Positions 39,865-50,904 of a stretch of 64,000 nt of DNA are shown here, piece by piece. The notes beneath the pieces are model-generated. The model was not told the origin of the DNA, did no database searches, and saw only the letters and a program-made list of their open reading frames with translations. Source of the stretch: Eledone cirrhosa (taxonomy: Eukaryota); NCBI GenBank assembly GCA_964016885.1, contig OZ024742.1, positions 140,306,001 through 140,370,000 of the forward strand, written 5' to 3'. Position 1 is the stretch's first letter, and the number at the start of each line of letters is the position of its first letter. The position numbers and the translations under genes were made by a program.

Positions 39865-39865
<1 letters not shown>
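39655..39865 (-). mobile_element. SINE family C (tRNA-like head, AAAGACCCATGGAAACATTGTTTCCTCAGTCCGA tail)
   Basis: Inverted counterpart at 40783-40980; tail fragment also at ~10100-10145. Confidence 0.75.
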
Positions 39866-39918
<53 letters not shown>

Positions 39919-40782
39919 ATAATTGCCAATATTAATTATCTTTCATCTATTTCTTCCATTATACTTGAGTATTCCCGGAGTAGTTGCAATTTGTTTAAAT
40001 TATGGGGTGTGTGAATGTTTCGTAAGTGAGATGCAGGGCATCCAGCCTTCCTGAGCACTCAGTAGAGTGCAGGAACTTAAATGAACGAAATGCAGGCTTC
40101 CATCCTAATGGAAAGGTCAGTAGCTTCACTTGAGTATTGATTCGGTTTCTGATGACCCAGCCAACCCTCACTTGCAAGGAAAATGTTAAGTGATGAGGAT
40201 GATGATGATATATAACAAGAGAAGTAAACCAGACATTTGAAATAAATCCCAAATATACGTCTTGAATTGCTTCTATATTAAGAAATACATTTTATTTAAT
40301 AAATGAAATGAATTTAAAATACACATCTTTATTTATTAATCTCATCATCATTATCATCATCATTTAACATCCATTTTCCCTCCCAGCAAGGGTTAGATGG
40401 GACATCACAAACCAAGTTGCTACTTAATACGATCCTCAGACCCCTCAGATGGGCCTGGGGCCACACCTTTCATAGATATTTTGTCATTTTCTACAGTGTG
40501 TGCCCTCATTTCTATTTCTGATTTAATGTCTCATTAGATATTTCTGGTCTAAACAGTTGGTTGATATATAGTGTTGTTGACATGATGAAACGCGCACAGT
40601 ACTGTCTGTATAGTGGTTGGTGGTACAAAGGGCATCGAGCCATACAAAACTTGTCAAACAGAATGCCAAGAGGACTCTGTAGTAGTGTCAGAGACGTGAC
40701 AACCTCTTAGTGATGGTGCCATTGTTTATTGGTGTATTTTACTAGATTTTCTATGCTATTATATATATATATATATATATAG

Positions 40783-40980
40783 TGAAGGCGCATGGCTGAG
40801 AATTGGATTCGCAATCGTGAGGTTGTGAGTTCGATTCCTGGACCAGGCAATGTGTTATGTCCTTGAGCAAGACACTTTATTTCATATTGCTCTTTCTACC
40901 TGGAGTTGCAATCAATAGAGAGTATTAGCAATTGAAAAGACCAATGGAAACATTGTTTCCTCGGTCCGACTTGACGGCTT
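40783..40980 (+). mobile_element. SINE family C
   Basis: GAAGGCGCATGGCTGAG..GAGTTCGATTCC..CCTTGAGCAAGACACTTTATTTC. Confidence 0.75.
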
Positions 40981-41119
40981 GAGCTCTGCCGTCGGGGTTA
41001 TACTTTCTCCTATTACCCACTCTACTACCCTAAGTATTGAGTACTCTGGTGCGTTATGGTCCATCTGGTTCCTTACCACAACTCCTTCGTTATATATATA
41101 TATATACACACACTCATAC

Positions 41120-41980
41120 ATTTACTTCTTCGTCTTCTTCTGCTTCCACTTATTCCTAGGAGTGTTATGGAGGCAGAGTCCTCTAGCACACCTTCCAGCA
41201 GGTTCTGTCAGAAACAACCATCTCCAATTCATCTGGCTAGATCCCCAAGTGAGACCAGCCGAACTTATGGATGTTATCCAGCCATCTTGCTCGGGGTCGC
41301 CCACCAGTTAGTTTTGCTTGTAAAATTTATTCAGTGATTCTTTCTTGAGACATTCTAACCACAAGTCTGTAATATCGGAGCTGTGATCTCTCAATTTGGA
41401 GAAGTAGCGGCTCTACTTGGAGTGACTCTCTGATTTCTGAGTTACGCACTTTAATCAAGTAACATTATGCCAAAGACCCTTCAGAGCAGCCCCATTTCAA
41501 CCACTTGTATTTGTGATTATACTCTTTTGGTTATTATCCAAGATTCATGACTATAGTTAAGGGTTGGCATGAATACCAAATTGAAGATACAAAGTTTGTC
41601 AACATCCGTTCTTCTAATGACTGAATGCTGAAGCTGGTGCATTACTGCACCAGCTCCTGAAATTTTTGCACTTAATTCAACCTCTTGCCTTCCATCACTT
41701 GTGAAGATGGCCCCGAGGTATTTGAACTTCTCCACCTGCTTCAATGAAACTCCACTCATATATAGAGTGCACTGCATAGGCTTCCTTGAGAGGACAATTG
41801 TTTCAGTCTTTACAGCACTTATTTTCATTCCTGCCAAGCTGCACTCAGCAGCAAACCTGTCAAGTGCATGTCAGAGATCATCTTCAGATGAGTTAAGTAG
41901 TACCATGTTGTTCAGAAATTCCAGTCAGCTGATTCTACACCTGCTAGTCTTGATACCACTTCTAACCTGGCTGTACTAGA
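41120..41980 (-). pseudogene. RTE-type (Rex3/Expander-like) RT C-terminal fragment with (GAA)n-like tail
   Basis: ORF 41517-41837 GMKISAVKTE..QVEKFKYLG..FTSDGRQE. Confidence 0.75.
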
Positions 41981-41989
41981 GCTGTTCTG

Positions 41990-42650
41990 CTAGTGAATGA
42001 GCTGCAGGTGGCAGATAGCAATATGGCCATCAGATATGAAAGTTAGTTGTGAAATAAGTGGGCTCTTGCTGGATGTATAAGCAACCCAGGACCAACAGCG
42101 ATAAACTACTAGAGGAGATGGAGGAATTAGTGACACTGTTAGCTCCCAAGAAAACTTTCCCAATCCAGTGTGAGTAAAGGCTACCTTCAAAAAAGCCTAG
42201 TTTTCATGGGTCTTAGAAAAGTATCAAATTGGTGACTGGCACAAATGAGTCAACCAAAACACTGTAATATGGCCGAAAATTGTAAAGGCATTCATACCGC
42301 ATCATCCTTCATATGGAATAACAAGGGATGTGTTTAGGTTTTATGTAGAGGGGTCTGTTTGAAAAATATATTGCAAGAATTAGCAATGGTCTTGCAACCT
42401 GGTGTGGGATGGAAGCATAAACGTTACATATCCCAAGATACCAGAGAGGGTCCAGGAGAGAAACCTTGACAATTGATAACTGGAACATTACAGCCCTTAC
42501 AGGCAAGGAGCAGGAACTAGTGGGGAAGATCAGATGCTACCAGCTAAATATAGTTGAGGTTTCTTCAACAAATTTCCATGGCTCTGGTACTCTGGTACTG
42601 TAGATTTGGATGAAGGATGGAAAATCCACTATTCAGGTGTCTAGCCAGAA
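41990..42650 (+). pseudogene. RTE-type 5' region and APE endonuclease N-terminus
   Basis: LTIDNWNITALTGKEQELV..YQLNIVEVSST..GSGT..DEGWKIHYSGV at ~42465-42640. Confidence 0.65.
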
Positions 42651-42654
42651 AATA

Positions 42655-43420
42655 CTGAAGTTTTGAGGGACATGTTCGACCTTCTAGATTTCCAAAAATA
42701 GCTGAAGAAGCTTACAAATCAGTTTTTGACCACCATATTTGAAAATTTGATGTGGTTTGCCATCTTTACCAGGAGCTTTATTAGATGACAGTTGCTTGAT
42801 TAGATGACAGTTGCTTGATAGCAGCTTGTAATTCATTCAAGTATCGATTGAATGCTAATTCAGGTATCTCTGGCTTTTGTGGAATATATATTACATCTTC
42901 ATTTACATTTGACTCAGCATTTAGGACTTTTTCAAAGTATTCCTTCCATCAAGAGAGTATAGGGTTCTACCATCAGAGAATAGATCTAGATTTGACCTGC
43001 TCTCCCTTGAACCATACACTGCCTTTAGATCATTATAATAGGCCCTTGAGTCCTTTTTATCAGCAGCAGCTTGTAGTTCAGCTACTTCAGATGCCCATCA
43101 TGCATACTTCATAAGTGAGGACTTGTGCCTTCTGCTAACAATCTTTATCAACTTTCTTTTAGTTGAGTTTTTATCTCCAGTCCAAAGACTGCGTCGGTTA
43201 TACATCTCACTAATAAGGTTTTAGTTATCTGAGTTGCTTTCATCAAACTAGTCCTGGAGTTTTCTCATAGGAAATTCTAAGATTTCTATGGAGGCTGCAT
43301 AGGTGGCGTCTTGGAGTGCTTTCCAGGAAGCCTCAATGCCATCGGAAATCTGGACAGTTGAGGAATGAGTCAAGTTTTGCAGAAAGTTCCAGCCAAAGAT
43401 CTGTGGATCTCAAAGCACCT
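42655..43420 (-). pseudogene. BovB-like RTE linker region fragment
   Basis: WKEYFEKVLN..AIKQLSSNKAPGKDG..IFKYGG; 19-bp tandem duplication at 42780-42818. Confidence 0.7.
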
Positions 43421-43689
43421 ACATTGCTCATATTTTGTTACATGGTGGTGGCCACTGTGTAGAGCTCAAGCTAAGGACTTTCTGTAATACCCTTGACTTC
43501 TCATCACCTTTGCTCACTTGCCATTGGGCTTTGAGTTAGTGTTGGGATATCGAATAGACAGAACTGGTAGAGCTGTTGCACTACCCATACAAATGAATTC
43601 TTCTCGTAGTGAAAGCTTGTGTTGAACCAGCCACACTTTTTGGAAATGTTGATAACAAAGGATTGGTACATAAGTTTGCAACAAACTTG

Positions 43690-43711
43690 TATATATATGT
43701 ATGTATATATG

Positions 43712-43766
<55 letters not shown>

Positions 43767-43777
43767 ATATATACATG

Positions 43778-43867
<90 letters not shown>

Positions 43868-43948
43868 CACATATATATATATACACATATATATATATAT
43901 ATATACACATATATATATATATATATACACATATATATATATATATAC

Positions 43949-43979
<31 letters not shown>

Positions 43980-43996
43980 TACACATATATATATAC

Positions 43997-44053
<57 letters not shown>

Positions 44054-44054
44054 C

Positions 44055-44088
<34 letters not shown>

Positions 44089-44130
44089 GTATACATACAT
44101 ATATATATATATATACATACATATATATAT

Positions 44131-44161
<31 letters not shown>

Positions 44162-44184
44162 CATACATACATATATATATATAT

Positions 44185-44217
<33 letters not shown>

Positions 44218-44441
44218 CATACATACATATATATATATATATACATACATATATATATATATATATACATACATATATATATATATATACATACATATAT
44301 ATATATATATATACATACATATATATATATATATATACATACATATATATATATATATATACATACATATATATATATATATATATACATACATATATAT
44401 ATATATATATACATGCATATATATATATATATACATACATA

Positions 44442-44481
<40 letters not shown>

Positions 44482-44489
44482 CATACATA

Positions 44490-44542
<53 letters not shown>

Positions 44543-44546
44543 ATAT

Positions 44547-44577
<31 letters not shown>

Positions 44578-44606
44578 CATACATATATATATATATATAT
44601 ACATAC

Positions 44607-44657
<51 letters not shown>

Positions 44658-44910
44658 CATACATATATATATACATACATATATATATATATATATACAT
44701 ACATATATATATATATATATATACATACATACATACATATATATATATATGCATACATATATATATATATATACATACATCATATATATATATATATACA
44801 TACATCATATATATATATATATACATACATACATACATATATATATATATGCATACATACATACATATATATATATATGCATACATATATATATATATAT
44901 ACATACATCA

Positions 44911-44950
<40 letters not shown>

Positions 44951-44990
44951 CATACATATATATATATATACATACGTATATATATATATG

Positions 44991-45064
<74 letters not shown>

Positions 45065-45321
45065 CATACATATATATATATATACATACATATATATATA
45101 TATGCATACATATATATATATATGCATACATATATATATATATATATACATACATATATATATATATATACATACATATATATATATATACATACATATA
45201 TATATATATACATACATATATATATATATATATACATACATATATATATATATATATACATACATATATATATATATACATACATATATATATATATACA
45301 TACATATATATATATATATAT

Positions 45322-45360
<39 letters not shown>

Positions 45361-45377
45361 CATATATATATATATAC

Positions 45378-45408
<31 letters not shown>

Positions 45409-45487
45409 CATACATATATATATATATACATATATATATACATACATATATATATATATATATATACATACATATATATATATATAT

Positions 45488-45520
<33 letters not shown>

Positions 45521-45663
45521 CATACATATATATATATATATATACATACATATATATATATATATATATACATACATATATATATATATATATACATACA
45601 TATATATATATATATATACATACATATATATATATATATACATACATATATATATATATATAT

Positions 45664-45724
<61 letters not shown>

Positions 45725-45728
45725 CATT

Positions 45729-45760
<32 letters not shown>

Positions 45761-45798
45761 CATACATATATATATATATATATACATACATACATATA
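43690..45798. repeat. ~2.1-kb (TA)n/(TACA)n compound microsatellite
   Basis: Direct reading. Confidence 0.98.
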
Positions 45799-46250
45799 TG
45801 GTGGCTGCCAACTCGTTTTCGAGTACGGCCACTACTTTATATCCATGTAGGAGAACCCCTACCGATGCGCTGAACGAGGGTGACTTTTTAGTCCAGCCAG
45901 CGACTTGAAAACTCTGGCACAAACACCCCACTGGTGACCATTATTGACATATAGTGCTGGGCCCATGGTACATGTGATGACAAGTGCAGAGATATCTCCA
46001 GCTATAAAGCAATGCCTGTGCCGTGAAGCTTTTATAGTGAGCAAAGGCACTGCACAAAGCCAGTCCCACTCTCTTAACCAAGATGATATTTACCAAAAAG
46101 AAGAACAAGTCAACATCATTGGATACCATCAGAGTTGCAGGTGTTATATCAGAGTTTTCCTTCTCCTAGAGTTCTGCCTTGACAAAGGCTAAGGGGTCAT
46201 CTCTCCCTGTGATTTTGGATGGCCATTGACTCTTAAGAGCTCCTTTGCCC
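45799..46250 (-). mobile_element. Short internally deleted RTE derivative (5'-UTR motif joined to terminal C2H2 finger remnant)
   Basis: Minus strand TAGCCTTTGTCAAGGCAGAACTCTAGGAGAAGGAAAACTCTGA, then (W)[22 protein letters not shown]. Confidence 0.6.
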
Positions 46251-46253
46251 TTT

Positions 46254-46351
46254 GAGACGCAGGACATGGCAGCGATAATGAGGGACAGAGACCGCTGGAG
46301 AGAACTCGTCCATGGATCTCAGGAATTTTACCCGCCTTAGAATAGAATAGA

Positions 46352-46435
<84 letters not shown>

Positions 46436-46533
46436 TCTATTCTATTCTAAGGCGGGTAAAATTCCTGAGATCCATGGACGAGTTCTCTCCAGCGGTCTCT
46501 GTCCCTCATTATCGCTGCCATGTCCTGCGTCTC
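46254..46533. repeat. Tail-to-tail inverted duplication of a LINE 3' end across (TA)n
   Basis: 46254-46354 is the exact reverse complement of 46433-46533. Confidence 0.92.
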
Positions 46534-46685
46534 CAATAGACCAGTGTCTGTCCTTAGGGCATCAACATACGTTAACCTTGGTCTTCCTTTTCTAGTGTGT
46601 CCATGTAGGGGCTCCCAAAGGAGCACTGAGTGCAATGTCAACTCTGGATGTCGGTGAGCATGATCAGCTAACCTCAGTCTCCTAT
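46433..46685 (-). pseudogene. RTE-type LINE 3' end with (TAGAA)n tail
   Basis: RRLRLADHAHRHPEL..LLWEPLHGHTRKGRPRLTYVD..RDRDRW. Confidence 0.85.
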
Positions 46686-46809
46686 ATACATATATATACA
46701 TATATATATATATACATATATATATACATATATATATATATATACATATATATATACATATAGCCATTGCATGATATACCATTATTAATAATTATTAATT
46801 AATTGTATT

Positions 46810-47085
46810 GTGCAATGCCTGTGCGTGAAGATATTTTTTAAAGTGAGGAAAGGCTGTGCACTGAGCCATGCCATTCCCACTCACTGAGCGACAACAGCTA
46901 TAACCCAAAAAGAAGAAAAGATCAACATCATAGGTAACTACTGAGCCGCAGGTTTTATATCAGAGTTATCCCAGTTTCCTGAATTGCCTTCTCCTAGTTT
47001 CCTGAGTTGCCTTCTCCTAGAAGAATGCCCTGACAAAGGCTAGGGGTCCTTCACTCCGATTGGTTTAACCGCGCGATCGGGTGTC
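46810..47085 (-). mobile_element. Second, diverged copy of the RTE 5'-UTR-like segment
   Basis: Colinear similarity to 46010-46210. Confidence 0.6.
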
Positions 47086-47254
47086 CAGCCCGACTATTTC
47101 TATGTCCCCGTGCATATACATACACATGCACCCATGTATATACACATATACATACATATGTGTATATAAATATTTACACACGTTTGGATGGCTGTTGACT
47201 CTTATGAGTTCTTCCGTCCTTTGTCAGGTTTTGTTTTTTGTCGTGCTGGGTGTC

Positions 47255-47686
47255 AAAGTGCTGATAAGTAGAAAAAAAGACAAAATTCTGATTCCATCAG
47301 GAAAATAGCCATGTTCGATATGTCGGAAAGGAGTTGGTATAAATTCTATAATTTGTACACAATGCACATCTTGGTTACACAAGAGATGTAGTGGGATAGC
47401 AGGCAAACTAACAGGTAGGGAAAACTACATATGCAGTAGATGTACAGGGAAATTTGACAATACAAGTCACAGTGATAGACACATTTTTCAAATGCAGGTA
47501 GGATCTATAGAAGAATGAAGACACAGTGGAGGAAGACCACGGAAGATGTGGACGGAGGTGGTGAGAGCTGACCATATTGCTGAAGCTCACAGAGAAGATG
47601 ACAAAGGACTGTGACAAATGGAGAGATTCTGTACTGAATAGGAACTGTCCCGCTCTTGCAAGTAGGAAAAATCAGACGTATGATGA

Positions 47687-47690
<4 letters not shown>
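47255..47690 (+). pseudogene. Internally deleted RTE fragment (PHD region + 3' end)
   Basis: Similar to 52740-52980 joined to 53440-53620. Confidence 0.8.
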
Positions 47691-47728
<38 letters not shown>

Positions 47729-47731
47729 TTA

Positions 47732-47994
47732 TGTGTTGTTTCCTTGAGCAAGACACTTTATTTCACATTTCTACAGTTTACTCAGCTGTAGAAATGAGAT
47801 GATAGGGACTGGGGTCCATATAGTTCCACTGCAAAGTGGTCGTGGAGGTGCCACGGCAAAAAAGCACCCAGCACTCACTGTAAATGAGGTTGGTGTTAGG
47901 AAGGGCATCCAGCTGTAGAAATCAAGCCAGAATCAGTTCCCGTCCCACCCTTGCAAGCAGGGAAAAAGCGCACGTAAAATGAAATGATGATGAT
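47732..47994 (+). mobile_element. SINE family A, head-less
   Basis: Matches 63388-63652. Confidence 0.88.
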
Positions 47995-48047
47995 TTATGT
48001 GTCTATATATGTATATTTATGTGTCTCTCTCTATATATATATAAATA

Positions 48048-49330
48048 CAGGGTGCGAACGATATTTGTTCGCAGTATTACTGTCTATGAAAAAATAACAC
48101 AGTTTTATTTTTTAAGATTTATTTATCAAACTTGAGTCAGTTTGTCTTCATGACTTGTTCTTTCGATCTCACTCGATAAACCCACCATTGGCTTTGATGA
48201 CGACCTCAAGGCGGCCTCGGAACCGGCTACAGGCCTTCATCACTGTCCCCCAACTTAGGCCCCTAAAGGCACCTGTGATCCTGGCCTTCAGATCGTCTTT
48301 CGTATTGCAGCTAGATCTGTTGGTGTCTCATTCCACTGCGCCCCACACAAAGAAGTCGAGGGGGTTGCAGTCAGGCGAGCTGGGAGGCCAGATGTCAGGT
48401 GAAGTGTGGTCGACGAAGTTCTCTGACAGCCAGGCTTGGGTCTTTCGGCTGGTATGGCAGGGCGCTGAGTCTTGCTGCCACATGTGCGGCCTACCTACAG
48501 CTACCTGGTCGATCCAGGGCTTTACTACCTCACTCAGAACGCGGATGTAGCCATCGGTGTTCAGCTTGAGACCCTCAGGGAAGAAGTGAGGTGGCATGAC
48601 GTCACCTTGACTGCTGACGACACCTAAGACCAATGTTGTCGCTGGAAACTTTGTCTGCATGACTCTGGGCACGTCTTTGGATGAGACAGCGAGCCACCTG
48701 TTGTTCTAGGAGTTGATCTTCTGGTCTTGGCAGAAGTTTTTCTTGTCGGAGAAAAACCACAGCATGGCTGGCTCCAGTGGGTGTTTCAACTTGTTGATCA
48801 GCTTCTTTGTGTGCATCGCCTTTGACAGAAATTGTCCTTTCCTCATCTTGTATGAAACGTAGCAAATGTCTTCATGTACCACCAGCCTAATGAGCTTTTC
48901 ATCCACGCCTTTCTCTCTTGCAATGGCACGCATCGACTTGCTAGGTTCATTGTGATGATATCCTGAACTTCAGCGACGAACTCGGGTGTTCTGAAGGCGT
49001 CAGATCGTCGATCATGTTTTCCTCTCTGATGTTGATTTGTAGTCGAATCGTGAATCTTCCAATTCCTTTCTGACCTTTTCCACAATTCTCCTGCTGACGC
49101 TGAGAAAGTCTGAAATTTCCTTATTTGTCCTCCTGGCGCGGATTTCAAGAAGAACTCCGTGTATCTTCCACAAATTTGGAGGTTCAAAATTATTCATAAT
49201 CAATTATTCTGAAAATAAATAATGGAAATATAGTCACTGTTTTTATGAAGACAAGAGTGACAACGGAAGTAAAAAAAATTTGCATAAAATTAGCAGTTGA
49301 AAATTGCGAACAAATATCGTCCTGACCCTG
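48048..49330 (-). mobile_element. Full-length Tc1/mariner-superfamily DD37D (maT-type) transposon with frameshifted transposase
   Basis: TIRs CAGGGTGCGAACGATATTTGTTCGCA / TGCGAACAAATATCGTCCTGACCCTG, TA on both sides; FSDKKNF, QQDSAPCH-(37 aa spacing)-SPDCNPLD. Confidence 0.92.
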
Positions 49331-49714
49331 TATGTGTATGTATGTATATCATCATCATGATCATCACCATTTTATGTTGATTCTTCCACGCTAGCATGGG
49401 TTAGACAGGTTGTCCTGTTGTGGCCAATGTTAGGTCGGCTGACCTTGTCTTGCTTATACGGGAATTGATTTTGGCTTGATTTCTACAGCTGGATTCCCTT
49501 CCTAACACCAACCTCATTTACAATGTGGTCTGGGTGCTTTTTTTTCGTGATACCTCCATGACCACTTTGCAGTGGGAGGGGATGGGGGGGGGGATATTGT
49601 CTATATGCTTCAGCTTGTTCCTGTGGGAAGTCGGCTCTTCTGTATTACTGTGTGATGCCAGAGGTCATATATATATATGTATATTTATGTGTCTATATAT
49701 ATATATATAGACAT

Positions 49715-50897
49715 ATCATCATCATCATCATCGTTCAACGTCCATCTTCCACGCTAGCATGGGTTAGACGGGAGTTGTCCCACTTGAGGCAAGGTTGGTC
49801 AGGTGACCGTGTCTCGCTCATATAGGACTATCTAGCAGGTTTTCTACAGCTGGATGCCCTTCCTAACACCAACCACATTTACAGTGTAGAACTGGGAACT
49901 TTTTACCATGTTACCTACACGGCCACATTACAGCGTGGACTGTGTGTGTTTTTTTTGTCGTGACACCTACACGATCTCGATCTCATCAAATTTATTTGGA
50001 CTGGATATTGTGCTACCAACTTTACAGAGGGAGGATGGAGTAGGGGTAGTGGATTGGGGTGTATATTTGGTTAAGAGGTGCCTACTGACTGTAGGTTTCG
50101 CTTTGTACATAGGCAAGGCGGGTCCTCTGTTTTACTGCGTAGCGCCAAAGATCTCGGTCCAGTGACATTGTCTTAGAGAGGTGTAAGTGTGTAAGGTCAG
50201 AATTTATCAAATCGTCCCAGGTTTTTCTGGGTTTACCTACTCCGTGACTTCCATCAATTTTGATCACCCTGCACTTTTTTTATATAGCTGTCGTCTTTCA
50301 TGCGCATCACGTGACCATACCAACTAGTCTTCTCTCAAGTAAACAGCATCTGATCTCTCTTATTCCTAATTTCTCACTTAGTTCATTTATGCTTTGCCGT
50401 TCACGTATATTACTATTAAACATCCAACGGAGCATGCATGCTTCATTTCTTTCCAGTCTGCGCAGGTCCTCTGCACACAATGCCCATGTCTCACTGCCAT
50501 GTAGCATTGTTGTTTATATACAGGCATCATACAATCTGCCTTTCATTTTTAGAGAGAAACCTTTCTGGCTACTGGCTACTGTACTTTCAGAGCACCCTCC
50601 ACCACTGTTTATTTTGTCACCCGGGTAACGAAAAGTGTCCACTATCTCTATAGAACCTCAGGGCAATAGAAGGAGCTAGTATTCTGTGGGCACTTGCTAC
50701 TTATTGCACCTGAGCATCAGCCACATATAAAATCTACATTCTTAAATAGTTTACCTGTGATCCCACTACATCTTTTATGTACCCACAGTTTGCATTTGGG
50801 ACATAAAATGGAATTTCTACCTACTCCTTTCCTACACACAGAGCATGGGCATTTTCCTGAGGGCACCTGTGCCCTATTTTCCTTTCTAATAACTAGA
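49715..50897 (-). mobile_element. RTE LINE subfamily 1, 3' portion with complete 3' UTR and (GAT)n tail
   Basis: Reverse complement closely matches 6520-7504 and continues into a SINE-like body and CCATGCTAGCGTGGAAGATGGACGTTGAACGATGATG tail. Confidence 0.9.
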
Positions 50898-50904
50898 CAT
50901 ATAT

